DNA from: the human T2T-CHM13v2.0 reference genome, Homo sapiens
Assembly: GCF_009914755.1 (NCBI RefSeq)
Contig: NC_060940.1
Length of the DNA stretch: 64,000 nucleotides
Direction: 5' to 3' (one strand)
A program made the position numbers and the translations under genes. The notes under the pieces are model-generated. The model was not told the origin of the DNA. It saw only the letters and a program-made list of their open reading frames with translations, and did not search any database. This document shows, one piece after another, positions 29,241 to 44,189 of the stretch; the first letter of the stretch is position 1, and every line of letters begins with the position of its first letter.

Positions 29241-31765
29241 CATCTTAAGTGTAAGACAACACGTAATGTCCCATCAGCCACTGAATGTCAGTCTGATCAT
29301 ACTCACACCAGTCCTCTGATCACAAGGTTTTAGTTTGCAATCATAGTTTCATCTTCCACTATGCATTCCACATTCCCCTTAGCCTCTGCTTGGGGGAGCT
29401 TCTTTACCTTGGGGGAGAACCAAGCCTTTATTTCTATGAGGTGTGAATCCTCGGTAGACTTGTTTTTATTGGGTTGCCACAGTTGGATTTACTAGGACTT
29501 TGGGAAGGGAGTATTAAGAGTAAGACGTGTCCCTGCAAATATCCGGAGTTACAAATATAATCCTCTTTGCCCACTCCCCCAGTTCGCCTTGGTAATCGGG
29601 ACCCCTTCCTGGGACCAATTCAGTAGCACTCTTCTTTGCTTGTTGGTTGAGTGGCATGAGGAACCCCAATTATCCAGAAGATGTTTTGCCTTTCAATTGC
29701 ACCAGCGTTTCTCACTGTAAAATATTAGGAATAACCTCTGTTTGGAATGGTGCGATGCTGTTTACATAAATCATCACATCTAACTCTCAGTACAAACTTG
29801 TGAGATTAACATTCATTATCCCAGTCTATAGATGAGAAAAGGGAGGCTCAGAAAAGTAGACTAATTTTCCCAGTATTACACAGAGTTAGTGTCTGAATAC
29901 CGGTACTGAATGCTAAAGCCTGGGCACCTTCCCTTGCCCCAGGCTGCTGCCTGCAGGAGTGCGTGGGCCAAGATTGTCCCAGGGGTGTTAGATATGTTAT
30001 GTCCAGACAGATAGCCCTTTGGGCTTTTAGAAAATATCATTTATTACCCTTCATGCCCCTTTCTTCTGCAAGCCCCAAACATCACAGAGCTGGTGGGAGC
30101 AAAATGCTCTTTTCATATTTTGCAGAGTACCTGATGTGGTTTTCTTGTCTTGACTGTCCAGGCTCAAGACAAAAAAAAAAAAAAAAAAAAAAAAAGTCAC
30201 CTAGAAAAGCCCCCTCTTATAACCGCTGCAGCCCCTGACAACTGATTTCTAGGCCTTTCCTTGAGGGGTAGAGACTGATAACAGCAGACACATCTCTGGA
30301 GGCTGGATTTTTGAGGTTAATTAATTTATCTTTAATTGACAAATAATAATTATGTACATTTGTGTGGTACAATGTGCTGTTTTGACCTATGTATATGCTG
30401 TAGAAAGATGCAATCAAGGTAATTAATGACTCTATCACATTGCCCACTTAACATTTTTTTGTGGCAAGGATATTAAAAATCTAGCCTTTTAGCAGTTTTG
30501 AAATATGCATTATTATTCACTGCAGTCACCACGCAGTGCAACAGAGCAGCAAAACTTCTTCCTCCAGTCTAACTGAAACTTTCTACTCTTTGATGAACAT
30601 CTCCTCTTTGCCCATCCCTCCCCCTACCCCCACCCCTGCCCCATCTCTGGTATCCACATATCTACTATTTCTATGAGATTGAATTTTAGATTCTACAAAT
30701 AAGTGAGATCATAGAGTATTTGTCTTTCTGTGCCAGGCTTATTCACTTAACATAACGTCCCCCAGTTCCATACAAGTTGTCACAAATGACAGCATTTGTT
30801 TCTTTGTTAAGGCTGTATAGTATTCCATTGCGTACATATACCACATTTTCTTTATCCATTCATCCCTTGATGGACACTTAGGTTGTTTCCACATCTTGGC
30901 TATTGTGAATAAAGCTGAAATGAGCATGGGAGTACCGATATCCCTTCGGCAAACCAATTTCAATTCCTTTGGATGTCTACCCAGTAGTGGGATTGCTGGA
31001 TCATACGAGAGTTCCGTCTTTAGTTTTTTGAAGAACCTCCATACTATTTTCCAAAATGGCTGTACCAATTTACAGTCTTGCTAGCAGGATACAAGAGTTC
31101 CCTCTTCTTCACATCCACACCAACACTTGCTATCACTTGTATTTTTGATAATAGCCGTTCTAACAGGTATCAGGTGATATCTCATCGTGGCTTCAATTTG
31201 CATTCCCATGATGATTAGAGATGTTGAGAAATTTTTTCATAAATCTGTTGACCATTTATATCTCTTCTTTTGAGAAATGTCTTGTTCCTGCTCTTAGATC
31301 CCTTGCCTATTTTGAATTGGGTTATTTGTTTTCTCACTGCTGATTTCTTTGAGCTCCTTATATATTCTGGATATTAGCCACTTATCAGATGTGTAGCTTG
31401 CTAATATTTTCTCCCAATACATAGCATAACCCATCACTCTGTGGATTTTTTCTATGGTAATGCAGATGCTTTTTCATTTGATGCAATCTCCTTGTCTATT
31501 TTTGTTTTTGTTCCCATGCTTTTGGAGTCCTATCCATGAAATCATTGCCCAGGCCAATGTCATGGAGCTTTTCTCCTTTTACTTCTAGTAGCCTTACAGT
31601 TTCGGGTCTTGTAGTGAAGTCTTTTATCTATTTTGAGTTGCTTTTTGTACATGGTATAAGTATCCAATTTCATTTTGTGCATGTGGATATCCAGTTTTCC
31701 CAAGACCATTTATTTAAAAAATCGTCCTTTCTCCATAGTGTGTTCTTGGCACCTTTGTCAAAAGT

Positions 31766-31809
31766 CAGCCCAAATGTCCCCAAATCAAAAAGTGGATAAA
31801 GAAATTGTG

Positions 31810-31851
<42 letters not shown>

Positions 31852-32468
31852 CATAAAGAAATTATATATATGAAAATATATATATTTCATATATATGAAA
31901 CATATATATGACATATATATGTCATATATATGAAATATATATGTCATATATATGAAATATATATGACATATATATGAAATATATATGTCATATATATGAA
32001 ATATATATGAAAATATATCTTCATATCTATATGAACATATAGGACTTCACATATATATGAAATATATATATATAAAACTTATATTTTCACATATATCTAT
32101 ATATGAAGGAATACAACTTGGCCACAAAAAAGGAACGAATTAATGGAATTAGCAGCAATCTGGATGGAACTGGGGACTATTATTCTAAGTGATGAACTCA
32201 GGAATGGAAAACCAAACATCATATGTCCTCAGTCATAAGTGGGAGCTAAGCTATGAGGATGCAAAGGCATAAGAATGATACAATGGATTTTGGGGACTCG
32301 GGGGAAAGGGTGAGAGGGGTGTGAGGGATAAAAGACTACAAATTGGGTTCAGTGTATACTGCTCAAGTAACAGGTGCACCAAAATCTCAGAAATCACCAC
32401 TAAAGAACTTACTCATGTAACCAAATACCACCTGTTCCCCAAAAACCTATGGAAATAAAAATTTTAAA
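31766..32468 (+). mobile_element. L1PB1-like 3' end nested in the L1MA
   Basis: gggagctaagctatgaggatgcaaaggcataagaatgatacaatgga...ccaaataccacctgttccccaaaaacctatggaaataaaa. Confidence 0.88.
31813..32105 (+). repeat. (TG)n followed by TA-rich palindromic low-complexity expansion inside L1PB1
   Basis: (TG)~17 then repeated atatatatgaa / atatatgtca units. Confidence 0.93.
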
Positions 32469-32960
32469 TTATCAATAGTAAATACTTGGGTTTATTTCTG
32501 GGCTTTCTATCATGTGCCATTGGTCAATGTGTCTGTTTTTATGCCAGTACCATGCTCTTTTGATTACAATAGCTTTATAATATATTTTGAAATCAGAGTG
32601 TGTGATACCTCCACCTTTGTTCTTTTTCCTCAAAAGATCCCTTTGACTATTTGGGGTCTTTTCTGTTTCATGCAAATTCTTAAATTGTTTTTTCTATTTC
32701 TGTGAAAAATGACATTGGAATTTTCATAGAGATTGCACTGAATCTGTAAATCTCTTCAGGTAGTTTGGAAATTTCAACAATATTAATTCTTCGAATCCAT
32801 GAACATGAGATATCTTTCCATTTGTTTTTCTTCTTCAGTTTCTTTCATCAATGTTTTATAGTTCTCAGTGTACAGATGTTTTACCTCTTCAGTTATTTTA
32901 TTGTATTTGAATGCTATGGTAAACTGAATTGTATTCTTAATTTCTTATTCAGAGAGTTTA

Positions 32961-33096
32961 TTTTTTGTTTGTTTCGTTGTTTGTTTCTGAGATGGAGTTT
33001 CACTCTGTTGGCCAGGCTGGAAAACAGTGGCATGATCTCAGCTCACTGCAACCTCCATCTCCCAGTTCAAGCGATTCTCCTGCCTCAGCTTCCCAA
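32961..33096 (-). mobile_element. 5'-truncated Alu (part of right arm)
   Basis: tgagatggagtttcactctgttggccaggctgg...ctcctgcctcagcttcccaa; flanked by gagagttta / gagagtttg. Confidence 0.88.
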
Positions 33097-33920
33097 GGAG
33101 AGTTTGTTGTTAATGTATAGAAGCACTACTGATTTTTGAATGTTGATTTTGTAACCTGCAACTTTAATAAGTTTGTCAGCTCTAACAGTTTTTTGATGGA
33201 CTATTTATGGTTTTTTATACATAAGGTCATATAATCAGCAAATATATACAATTTCACTTCTTCCTTTACTATATGTATACCTTTTTTTTTTCTTGCCTAA
33301 TTGCCCTGACTAGGACTTTCACTACTATGTTGAAAAGAAGTGGCAAAGTGGGCATCCGTGTCTTGTATCTGATCTTAGAAGAAGGGCTTTCAACTTTTCA
33401 CTGTTTAGAATGTTAGTTGTGGGTTTTTGACATATGGCCTTTATTGTGTTGAGGTACATTCTTTCTATATCTATTTTGCTGGGAGTGTTTATCATAAATA
33501 GATGTTGAATTTTTTCAAGTGCTTTTTCTCCATCTATTGAGATGACCACGTGGTTTTTTCCTTCATTTTGTTACTATGGTGTATCACATCTATTGATTTA
33601 TATGTACGCCAAACCATCCTTGCATCCTGGGGATAAATTCCACTTGATCGTGGAGAATTATCTTTTTAATGTGCTGTTGAATTCAGCTTATAAGTATTTT
33701 GTTGAGGATTTTTATGTCTGTGTTCATCAGGGATATTGCCCTGTCATTTTCTTTTCTTTTCTTAGAGGGTTCTTGTCTGGCTTTAGTATCAGGGTAATGC
33801 TGGCCTGGTAAAATGAGTTAAGAAGTACTTATCCTCTTCCAGGTTTTGCAAGAGTTTGAGAAGGATTGCTGTTAGTTTTTTCTTCAAATATTTCATAGAA
33901 TTCAGCAGTGAAATCATCAG

Positions 33921-34789
<869 letters not shown>

Positions 34790-35560
34790 TTAATGGGAGA
34801 TGGAGCCACCAGATAAAGCATCTTTGCAAAACTCCAAAGCCTCCTTTCCATGCCCCTTCAAATTAAAAGAGTTCCCTCTACTAATATATTAACTAAAATG
34901 AAATATTAATGGCTGTCCTCTATTATTTATTGGCTGTTTTTGGAGAATAAAATATTGAGACCCAAAGAGGAATCAATTTCTATGAAACCTCCCTTTCCTG
35001 AGAGGGCTTGATTCGTGCCACATAATAAAGAGACAAGCTTATCAGCCGCATCAGTTCAAAGACATGTGCTGTAAATGTTGATTTTGAACCAATAAGAAGA
35101 TTATAAGCACTGTCATAAAATATCCTTTCAGGATGTAAATTATTCAAAGCCCTTCGTGGGCAGACACAGTATCTCATGCCTCAGTGATCCCACTCTATTC
35201 AACACATCTCATTTATTAAAGCCAGAGAGGCTCTCTGTTGATAAAGCCCCCTAAATAAATGATAACCTTCATCTCCTTCTTCCAAATTATTTCCACGATT
35301 AGAATTTGAAAGGTTCATGCTGGAGGTGTCATGTCAAAAAGTATGGCCTCTGTAAACCATGCACGCATCTTCATTGGCAAGCTCAGCTTCACGTGACAGT
35401 CAAGCCCCAAGCCCCCATTTGTTAGAGCAGGGCAATGGGTCTAGCAGTGCAGACAAGCTCTGAGGGCTCATCTTTACAATGCTCATCTGCGAGATGCAGG
35501 GTGTAACGGAATGAAAGGGCTTGGGCTGCAAATCTGCCTTGCCGCTCAGTCTCATTATGA

Positions 35561-35617
35561 CCCTGCATGACTCAGCATTACCCTGCATGACTCAGCATTA
35601 CCCTGCATGACTCAGCA
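35561..35617 (+). promoter_or_regulatory. Tandem 3 x 20-bp repeat, each unit containing ATGACTCAGCA (ARE / NF-E2 / BACH-MAF, with AP-1 core)
   Basis: ccctgcatgactcagcatta x2 plus ccctgcatgactcagca; repeat is certain, function is inferred. Confidence 0.6.
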
Positions 35618-36849
35618 CAATGCAGCATGCCCTGAGCAAATCACTCAACCTTTCTAGAACTGAGTTTCTCTTACAGGTAGGTAGGAAATAATATGTGCAC
35701 CCCCCAGGCACAGAGTCTGGCCAATAGTAGGTTCTCAGTAAATACTTTTCACTGGATCACCAACCATAGTATAGACCCCTTGGGGCAGGCTTCTTCTTAT
35801 TTCCTCAAGGCATCTCAGAAGCCATGGAGTATCCTGAGCAGCTGTGCCTGCCTCAAAAGGTTCCAAGAGACGGCCCATCCTGGACTCATCTCTGACCTTC
35901 GTTCACAGAAACCCTACCCAACTTTGAGGGCCCAATTCAAATGCTATCTCCTCCTTGAAGTATTTCATGATTCCTTCACTTGAATTCTATCTTTCCTTTC
36001 ATCCATTCCCAAGTATTCATACAGTGCCCCCCATGTGTCAAGCATCGCTCTGGGCTCTTTACAGAGGGTAGCTTGTGTAATCTTCATTACAATCCTGCAA
36101 GACAAGTCTTCTTGCTTCTATTTGATAGAAGAAGGAATTAGGCCCAGGGAAATTATCTTGCTCAACATCACACATGAGTAAGAGATGGGACCAAGATCTG
36201 AACCAGGTTTGACTTGATTCCAAAGCCCATGCTCTTTTCTTTCAGCTCCACTGGCCACCCTGCTGTTGCTGGACCCACAGCTCAATGCTTTCTATCTGGG
36301 ATTCACTTACCTTGTTGAGCATGCCTCAGTTCTGCTGAGAATAGGTCTCAGAGCTTGTCACGGATGCTACAGCTCCATCTGCCTGGCTTCCAGCTGGAAT
36401 AGCATCCATTTACTCATGATACCTCCAATCCCTACAAGACTTCCTCAGCCAGACCTAGAAAGACAGCACTGACTTATATCCATTTCTCCCATTTCTCCAT
36501 TAACCATTCTGTTCCTCAATTTCTTCATCGATAAAATGGGATCAGAATGGTACCTATCTCAGGCAATAGCTATGAAGATCAGATGAGGTCATGAATACAG
36601 AATGTTTTGCACAAGCCTACCACAGTTGATGCTCAATAAATGTTAACTACTATTTGTTGGTATCTTAAAGGTTTCTGGCTAAGTCATTCTGACTCCAAAT
36701 CCATGCTCTCCCTGGTATTGCAGATAATTTTTCATGCCCATAGCAAAAACTTGGCATATAATGGTCAGCAAGTCATGAATTGCTGGCGAATTCTCTAATG
36801 TTTTCCAAAGAACATGCTAATTAGTGTCGAGAGCAGCTACATAGGACAA

Positions 36850-36985
36850 TGAAGGGTACACAGGCTACGGAATCAGACAGGCTAGAGTTTAAGTCTTGGC
36901 TATGATACTTTCTAGTGGGTAGTCCTGGGTGAAGTCACTCAATCCTTCTGGAGCCTGTGCTTTCATGTCTGTAAAATAGGGGGTG
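36850..36985 (+). mobile_element. MIR SINE
   Basis: ggaatcagacaggctagagtttaagtcttggct...cctgggtgaagtcactcaatccttctggagcctgtgctttcatgtctgtaaaataggg. Confidence 0.7.
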
Positions 36986-37519
36986 GGGGACAGTCTAGAT
37001 ACCAAAGCTGCTAAGTGAAAAAAGAAACTGTCATCAGGAATACCATAAATGCTCATTTCCTTCCTCCCTTCCACCTTTTCCTTTCATTTTTCCTCTTTCC
37101 TCTCCCAACTCTCTACCTCCCAGTTTCCTGCCTCTGCATCTTATGAATGTCACCACCAGGACTGTGCTCCATCTCCTGCCTGTTCTTGTGTTTTTGGTGG
37201 GAGTCTGGTGTGGACCCATTCATTAGTTTGACCTCATCTCTCTGGAGGGATATAATAAATTCTTCAGCAACAAGGACCAGAGCCTTCCTCATCTTGAGTG
37301 ACAGTAGCTGCTTAGACATGTTCCACAAATGCCCATGAAAGGAATCATTCCCATCAACAATGAAAGGGAACTGCTGGCAAAAAGAAAGGCCCTCAAACCA
37401 ATCCTTAAAACTCACCATCTTTCTCCATGCTATAGGTTATATCACAGCAAGGACCCATTATTCTAACACAATAGTAAGAAGACAAAATGGTGGTTCATTG
37501 TTATGGTGCCCAAACCAAG

Positions 37520-38282
<763 letters not shown>

Positions 38283-38446
38283 TTTAATGCTCCCATGTGT
38301 ACAACAAAATACACACAAACATAAACACAATGAAACAATGCAAGAATTACTAAGTGTTCTTCGCATGGATATTGCAAAGTTCCTTGCAAATTCTTCATAA
38401 GGAATGGATTCTCTGAATTACTACTACCCAGAACACAGAAACCATT

Positions 38447-39236
38447 TGATTCATTTTGTTCACACAGCAGTTCTGCCTTGTCAAGAGCTGACAATCAGAC
38501 ATGCAAAACAAGTGCTATATATCAATTTTGCAAAAGTGTCACTTTGGGAAAACAGAACCAAAACAAATTGAAAAATCATACAAATAATTACTCGGAGTCT
38601 CAGCTCTAACATGAAAAAGAAGGTACAAAGGCAGAAGTGCTAATTAATATGACTGTGTAATTACACGGGCCCACATTAATAAACTGGAATTACTCCAGAT
38701 TTCCAGCAGGCAGCCCATCTTCATGTGTGATCTCAGAGGTGTGGGCACAGAAGGGAAAATGCTTGGGTTTCCTTTGCCAGGTGCCCAGCTGGAAAGGCAT
38801 CAGGAAAAGGGAATGTGAGGCCTCCATGCAGGAGAACTAGGCCCTCCTAGCCTCACCTCTCTGCTCAGACATGTTGAGCCCTTGTCTACATCAGCAGGTA
38901 CAAGCTTCCACCAAGACATCTTCTCTAATTAGGAAGTCATTCCTCATGCAGCTACAACAGCCCAACCACAACATGCTAAGGACAAAATTAAACCCAACAC
39001 AAGCAAGGGATGGGATTTATGAAGCAGCCAGTACATGCTCTTCTCCCTTCTCTCCCTGTCTTTCTATATCTATGTCTCTCTCCCTGCCTCCTAGTTCCCC
39101 CACTTCTCTCTCAATTTGTTTTGGTTTCTGTTTTCCCAAACTAATACTTTTGCAAAATTCATACGTATCACTTGTTTTGTATGTCTGATTGTCAGCTCTT
39201 GACAAGATAGAATTGCTGTAGGAAGAAAATGTATCA
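38447..39236. repeat. 126-bp inverted repeat (38447-38571 / 39111-39236) with 539-bp spacer
   Basis: Manual alignment ~110/126 identical, with a 26-bp perfect core cttgtcaagagctgacaatcagacat. Confidence 0.93.
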
Positions 39237-39469
39237 GACTCAGTCAGGTAGACGGTATCATCTATAAAAAAGTAATTATCTCACTCTATAGCAGTGAAAA
39301 CCAAGCCTCCAAAGGTCAGCTAATCTGATTTTGCCAAAGCCACATAACTGGAAAACAGAAGCTTCTGAATTCAAAACTCTGGGTGTCTGAGTTCAAAGTC
39401 TTTTAATTACAGTAAGCTTCTTTCTAGAAATTAAAAATGCTTCCACCTCCCCTACTTAGAGCTACAGCA

Positions 39470-41490
39470 TTCATTTGATCATGCATTTATCCAATAAAGT
39501 CGATCATGTGCCCATTATGTGCCAGCTTTGGGCTATGTCCTGAGAATACAATATTGAGCAAAAATTGACCCAGACCCCACTTTCAAGGAACAAAGACAGT
39601 GAGAGAGAATGTCATAAATAAAATGATCACACAAATAAATATGTTTCCATTGTCTTTGATCACAGCTACATAGCAGAAAGAAATAGGGCTATAAGAACTT
39701 ATAAAAGTGAGGGTCAAGTGATCAGGAAAAGCTCTGGTGAAGAATGGTTGAAGTGTGATCTGAAAGATAAGTGCAAATGTGTAATATGTAAAGAGAAAAT
39801 AATTTATATGAATATAGAAGAGTGTTCTGTACTTGCTCCGTTTTCTTCCTGTCCATTGACTTCTTAACCTGCTCCAACCTAACCTGGCTTCTGCTCCCAT
39901 CATTCTGTCATTGAAGTTCATACAATAAATTTTATGGACGTGTTCAATCCTCAGCTTGAGCCTTCAGGCATTTTGGACAGCATTGCTACTTCCTTCTCCT
40001 TGAAATCACCTCCTCCTTGACTTCTGAGCCAGAACTTTTCTGGTTTTCCTCCTGCCTTTCTGGATCCTCTTTGAAAATTGTTATGACTTCATCAATCTCC
40101 TCTTTTGTAAGTGTCCTTCAGGGCTTGGTCATGGGCCCTTCTCTCTCTTGTTTTGTTTTCTTTCCCTGGGCAATCTCATCCATGCCACAGCATTACTTAT
40201 ACTTTACTATGGTGACTCTCAAAGTTATATCTCTAGCCCCTTCTTCTGGACTCTAGATCTCTATTTCCAAGTTGCCTGATAGACCACTGTTCTTAGGTGC
40301 CTCAGAGGTACCTCAAACTTAGCAGAATCAAAACTGAGTTCATCTTGTGACCCCCAACTCCATCTCAGCACCATCCATCCAAGTTGCAAACCAGAATCCC
40401 AGGCAATATCTGTGATCTCTTTCCCTTCTTGTCTTATAAGGAAGAATGAATAATGGCCCCCAAAGATGTCCAGGCCCTAATCCAGGGAACCTGTGATGTT
40501 ACTCTATTGGCAGAAGAGAACATTAAATACATGATTAACTTAAGGTTCTTGAGATGGAGAGATTATCCTAGATTATCAGGGTAGATCCTAAATGTAATCA
40601 CAGGATCCCTTACGAGAGGGAGGCAGAGGAAGATTTGATGGCAGAAGAGGAGAAGGCCATGTGGTGGCAAAAGAAGAGATTAGAGCGGTGCAGCGACAAG
40701 CCAAAAAATGTCAGTAGCCACTGGATGCTGGAAGAAGCAAGCGATGGAGTCTCCCTTGGAGCTTCCAGAAGGAACTAGTCCTGTCAACACTTTTATTTTC
40801 AGCCCTGTAAGACTCATTCCTGACTTCTGGCCACCAGAACTGTAAGACAATACATTGCTGTTGGTTTAAGCCATGAGTCTGTAGCAATTGGTTACAGCAG
40901 CAATAGGGAACTAGTACACCCTACTAATCTATCCTAACCAGTCCTTTTGATTTTGCTATCTCAATAACTCCCAGATGCATCTACTTTTCTCCATCTCCCC
41001 ACCTCCTTCCCTTCCAATATCTCTCAAATGAGTGGGTTCCACAGTTTCTGGCTTCCCATGACTCCTAATATAGAGAGCAAAATCTTTGGCATGACCCCCA
41101 AGAACTTGCTTGTCCTGGTCCTTGTCTGCCTTCCCAGGCTTTTCTCACACTCAGGACACACATAAGCTTTCTTTCAGATCCTGGAGTGTTCTAATCCCCA
41201 TCCCCTACATGGCCTTTGCATGTCTTTCTTATTTGGTTTAGGATGCTTGTTAATTTCAGATCATAGCTGAAGTGGCACAACTACAACATATTCCTTCTGA
41301 TCTCCCAGACTGGGTTCATCTGGCACATAGAAGACTAAAGACTACAATTTTACATTAATTTTTAGGATTGTTTGGTGTGTGTCTAACTCCCTAGGTGGCC
41401 TTCAGAGAATAGGGAGAGAATGGGACTATGACTGGTTTTGTCCACCACTATATTCCCAGCATCTAGCAAAGTACCTAGCACACAGCAAGC
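39470..41490. mobile_element. L2 fragments (antisense 39.47-39.83 kb, sense 39.83-41.49 kb) interrupted by MLT1D
   Basis: ctttctggttttcctcctgcctttctgg..., ccaccactatattcccagcatctagcaaagtacctagcacacagcaagcgtcaacaaatattg 3' end. Confidence 0.7.
40436..40918 (+). mobile_element. MLT1D-like MaLR LTR
   Basis: gaataatggcccccaaagatgtccaggccctaatcc...gagattatcctagattatc...gttacagcagcaatagggaactagtaca. Confidence 0.88.
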
Positions 41491-42734
41491 GTCAACAAAT
41501 ATTGTTTGGATAACTCCCAGAGTCCAGGGAAGTGTCTTTGAGTGTGTGTGTGCATAGGGTTAGCAGTCTTAGTATTTGGCTTTGTCCCAGCACATCTAGG
41601 CAAGTGGTTAGAGGAAGGGAGGCAACAGGAGAAGAACTTGATTGCACACAGCAATGGCCAAGGAATCTCCAGAATTAGAATTTCATCTTCCTCAGTGTCA
41701 TCTTCAAAGGATGGGTGCTGGGTGGGGTTATTGTTCATTTACGATTCACAACCATCAATGCATTGGGATTTTCTCCACCACATAGCCTACTCCCCCAATT
41801 TTTAGGCCTGTATAGTCGCCTTGGCCATCTTCCCTTGGGTTTCTTAAAGCACTTTGGAAATTGTCTATAAGAGGGCAGGGTCTTCAAATAGCTCCTCCAA
41901 GTCCTAGGTTTTAAGTGAAGGCATTCATAGCCCAGCCCAGCTGGGATAAGAATGGTTCTGAGTTAATCAGAGAAGCCCCTCTTTATCTATTTTGTGTACT
42001 AGGATTCCAAATAGGATTTTTTTAATAAAATGTTTTTGTGACTAGAAAGAAAGAAAAAAGTTTGTAGACCATTATTATTATACTTATTTGCACCACACTT
42101 TATACATTTCAGAGTATTTGTTGATTTGTTTCATTTGGTTCTCACATGAACCCTTCAAGCTAGAAGGAGATCATTAACTTCAGTGGACAGATAACAAAAT
42201 GACTCAAGGAGCTTAAATAACCTGCCCAAGATCACGCATCTCTTACAGGACAGAGCTGGGACTCAATCCTCTGACACGGGACTTCATGCAGGCCACAGAA
42301 TGGTGGTTGGAGCCAATTTTATCTATTCATTAAGGCACCAGATGACTTCAATGAACATTTAGGTTTCTTATGCCTGGAGAGAAAATAGCATACCATTTTC
42401 ACACTGTTTTCCTCCAGGTGGCAAGATTGTGAGTAAATTTATTGTCTTCTTTATGCTTCTCTGTAACATCCACAATGTGCATGCATTAATTTTATAATTA
42501 GAAAACATTAGAAAATAAGGAAGTATGATTATAAAGTAAGTCAAGGGAATAATGGAAAACAGGAAGATCTCCTACTCACCCTGGGAGGGGACAAGGGGAC
42601 ATGACTGATCATTTGGTGCTGGCTCGAAGCTTGCTTTGCCAATTACCATTTGTTTAATCCTCAAGTCTCTTAACCTCTCTGAGTCTCAGTGTAGCTACTT
42701 GTAAAAAGGAGAAAATAAACCTACCTGCATTGGT

Positions 42735-43085
42735 CAAAGCTCTTAGCAGTAAATGGCAGAAATACAACTTAAGCCAGCTTAGAGTGAGGAAGGAATTCAC
42801 TGAGTCTTATGAATGAGGGGCTGAGGAATTTCATTGCAGACATGGCCACCTCTCCATCTGTGAGATTTGCCTTCCCATTCTTCCGTCTTAAGCACTCTCT
42901 CACCCTGTGCCTGGAAAGACGGGAAAGGCTTGCTCTTACCCACCCACATTAGCAAGTCTGGTGGAAATAAAAACCACTCTCAGAGCTCATATACCAAGCC
43001 CAAGGATGGTTTTGATAGGTAGCCCACACTTAGATCTTTCACCCTCCCCAAAACCAATCATGGTGGCCAGGTAATAACCAATCCC
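42735..43085 (-). mobile_element. Old MLT1 (J/K-like) LTR fragment
   Basis: gcagtaaatggcagaaatacaacttaagccagcttagag...aaccaatcatggtggccagg. Confidence 0.5.
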
Positions 43086-44189
43086 ATGTACTTACCCGAG
43101 TACCCAGTAGCCTCCTTCCTGGAGAACTGTCTGTCACGTGCTAAATGCTGAATGAGACAAACTCCTGGCCAGTCCAGATGAGGTGGGCATTTCCATTAGC
43201 CAGGAGGTCTAATTTATATGTGCTGCTTGAGGGTTTAATTAGCTTGTGAAATGCATTTAAATGATAAGTTTTGCTTTAAAAAATTTCAGTACTTGGCAGG
43301 GAAAAGAGAAAAACCTTAAAATCAAGGTGACAACACAGAAACAAAGAAACGTTTTGTCAGAAAAAAAGAATATAAACATAAGAAACTGGGTTTGGAAGAA
43401 AATTGTCACGGCCCCGGGTTCAGAGACAACATGTATGTAGCCCATTACGTAGACTAAACCCTGTGTGCCCACCAAGTCCTCTGCTGTGAGCTCCTTTTTG
43501 GAGGGCGGGGGCCTTAACTACGCTTTGAAAATTGGAGACAAGCATTGCAGAAGATGCTCCTCTCTCGATAAAACTCCAAATAAATTAGATATTGAACAAG
43601 ATGCTGAGATCCTGGCAAGAATGCACAAAAAATTGGGCCTCAGGCTGTTGGGAGATGATAAATTGTCAGTTTTCTCTTTAATAAGATTGTGTCTCATCAC
43701 CATCTCCTGTAAGGGATTTGATAGCTTTTGTTTTTAACCTGTGAAGATTAAAATCAATTCCCAACTACAGCTGGGAGCCCCAAGTCATAGAGGCACAAAG
43801 ATACCAATTAATCAATCAATCAGTCGGTCAATAGATCAGCATGTCCATATTGAGGCCAGTTTTTGCTGGTCATCTGGGGCAGGAAGAAGAATTAGAAAAA
43901 TGACCCTGCAGATGCTGCCTGAGGGAAGCCACGCTTCAGAAGGCACTGTTTACAACTTTTAGGGGAAGAGGAAACCTATTTCCATTAGAATTACACTGGG
44001 TAGGCAGGGTCCTGTCTTCTCATCCGTCTTATTTTATGGACATACTTGATTTTGGATCCTGGATTAACCACAGACTTTGACCTAGCCTTTTGACCTGCTC
44101 AGATGCCCACACTGGAAATGTCACTCTTCATGTATCAGCTGGGTTTCTGGGTCCTACCTCGCTCCCAGGGCATTGCAAAAGAGGCAGAA

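Larger units (their letters stand above)
30320..33920 (-). mobile_element. Old L1 (L1MA-type) 3' UTR and degraded ORF2, antisense; interrupted by L1PB1 and an Alu
   Basis: L1MA 3' UTR text at 30330-30700; ORF-track peptides are ORF2 remnants (30739-31068 [28 protein letters not shown]; 33325-33549 MVISIDGEKALEKIQH). Confidence 0.92.

Noticed and set aside
30739-33549. ORFs resembling reverse transcriptase / L1 ORF2
   Set aside because: Fragmented remnants of a dead L1; no intact ORF2.
35561-35617. Possible CRISPR-like array
   Set aside because: Units are head-to-tail with no spacers, the context is eukaryotic and there are no cas genes.
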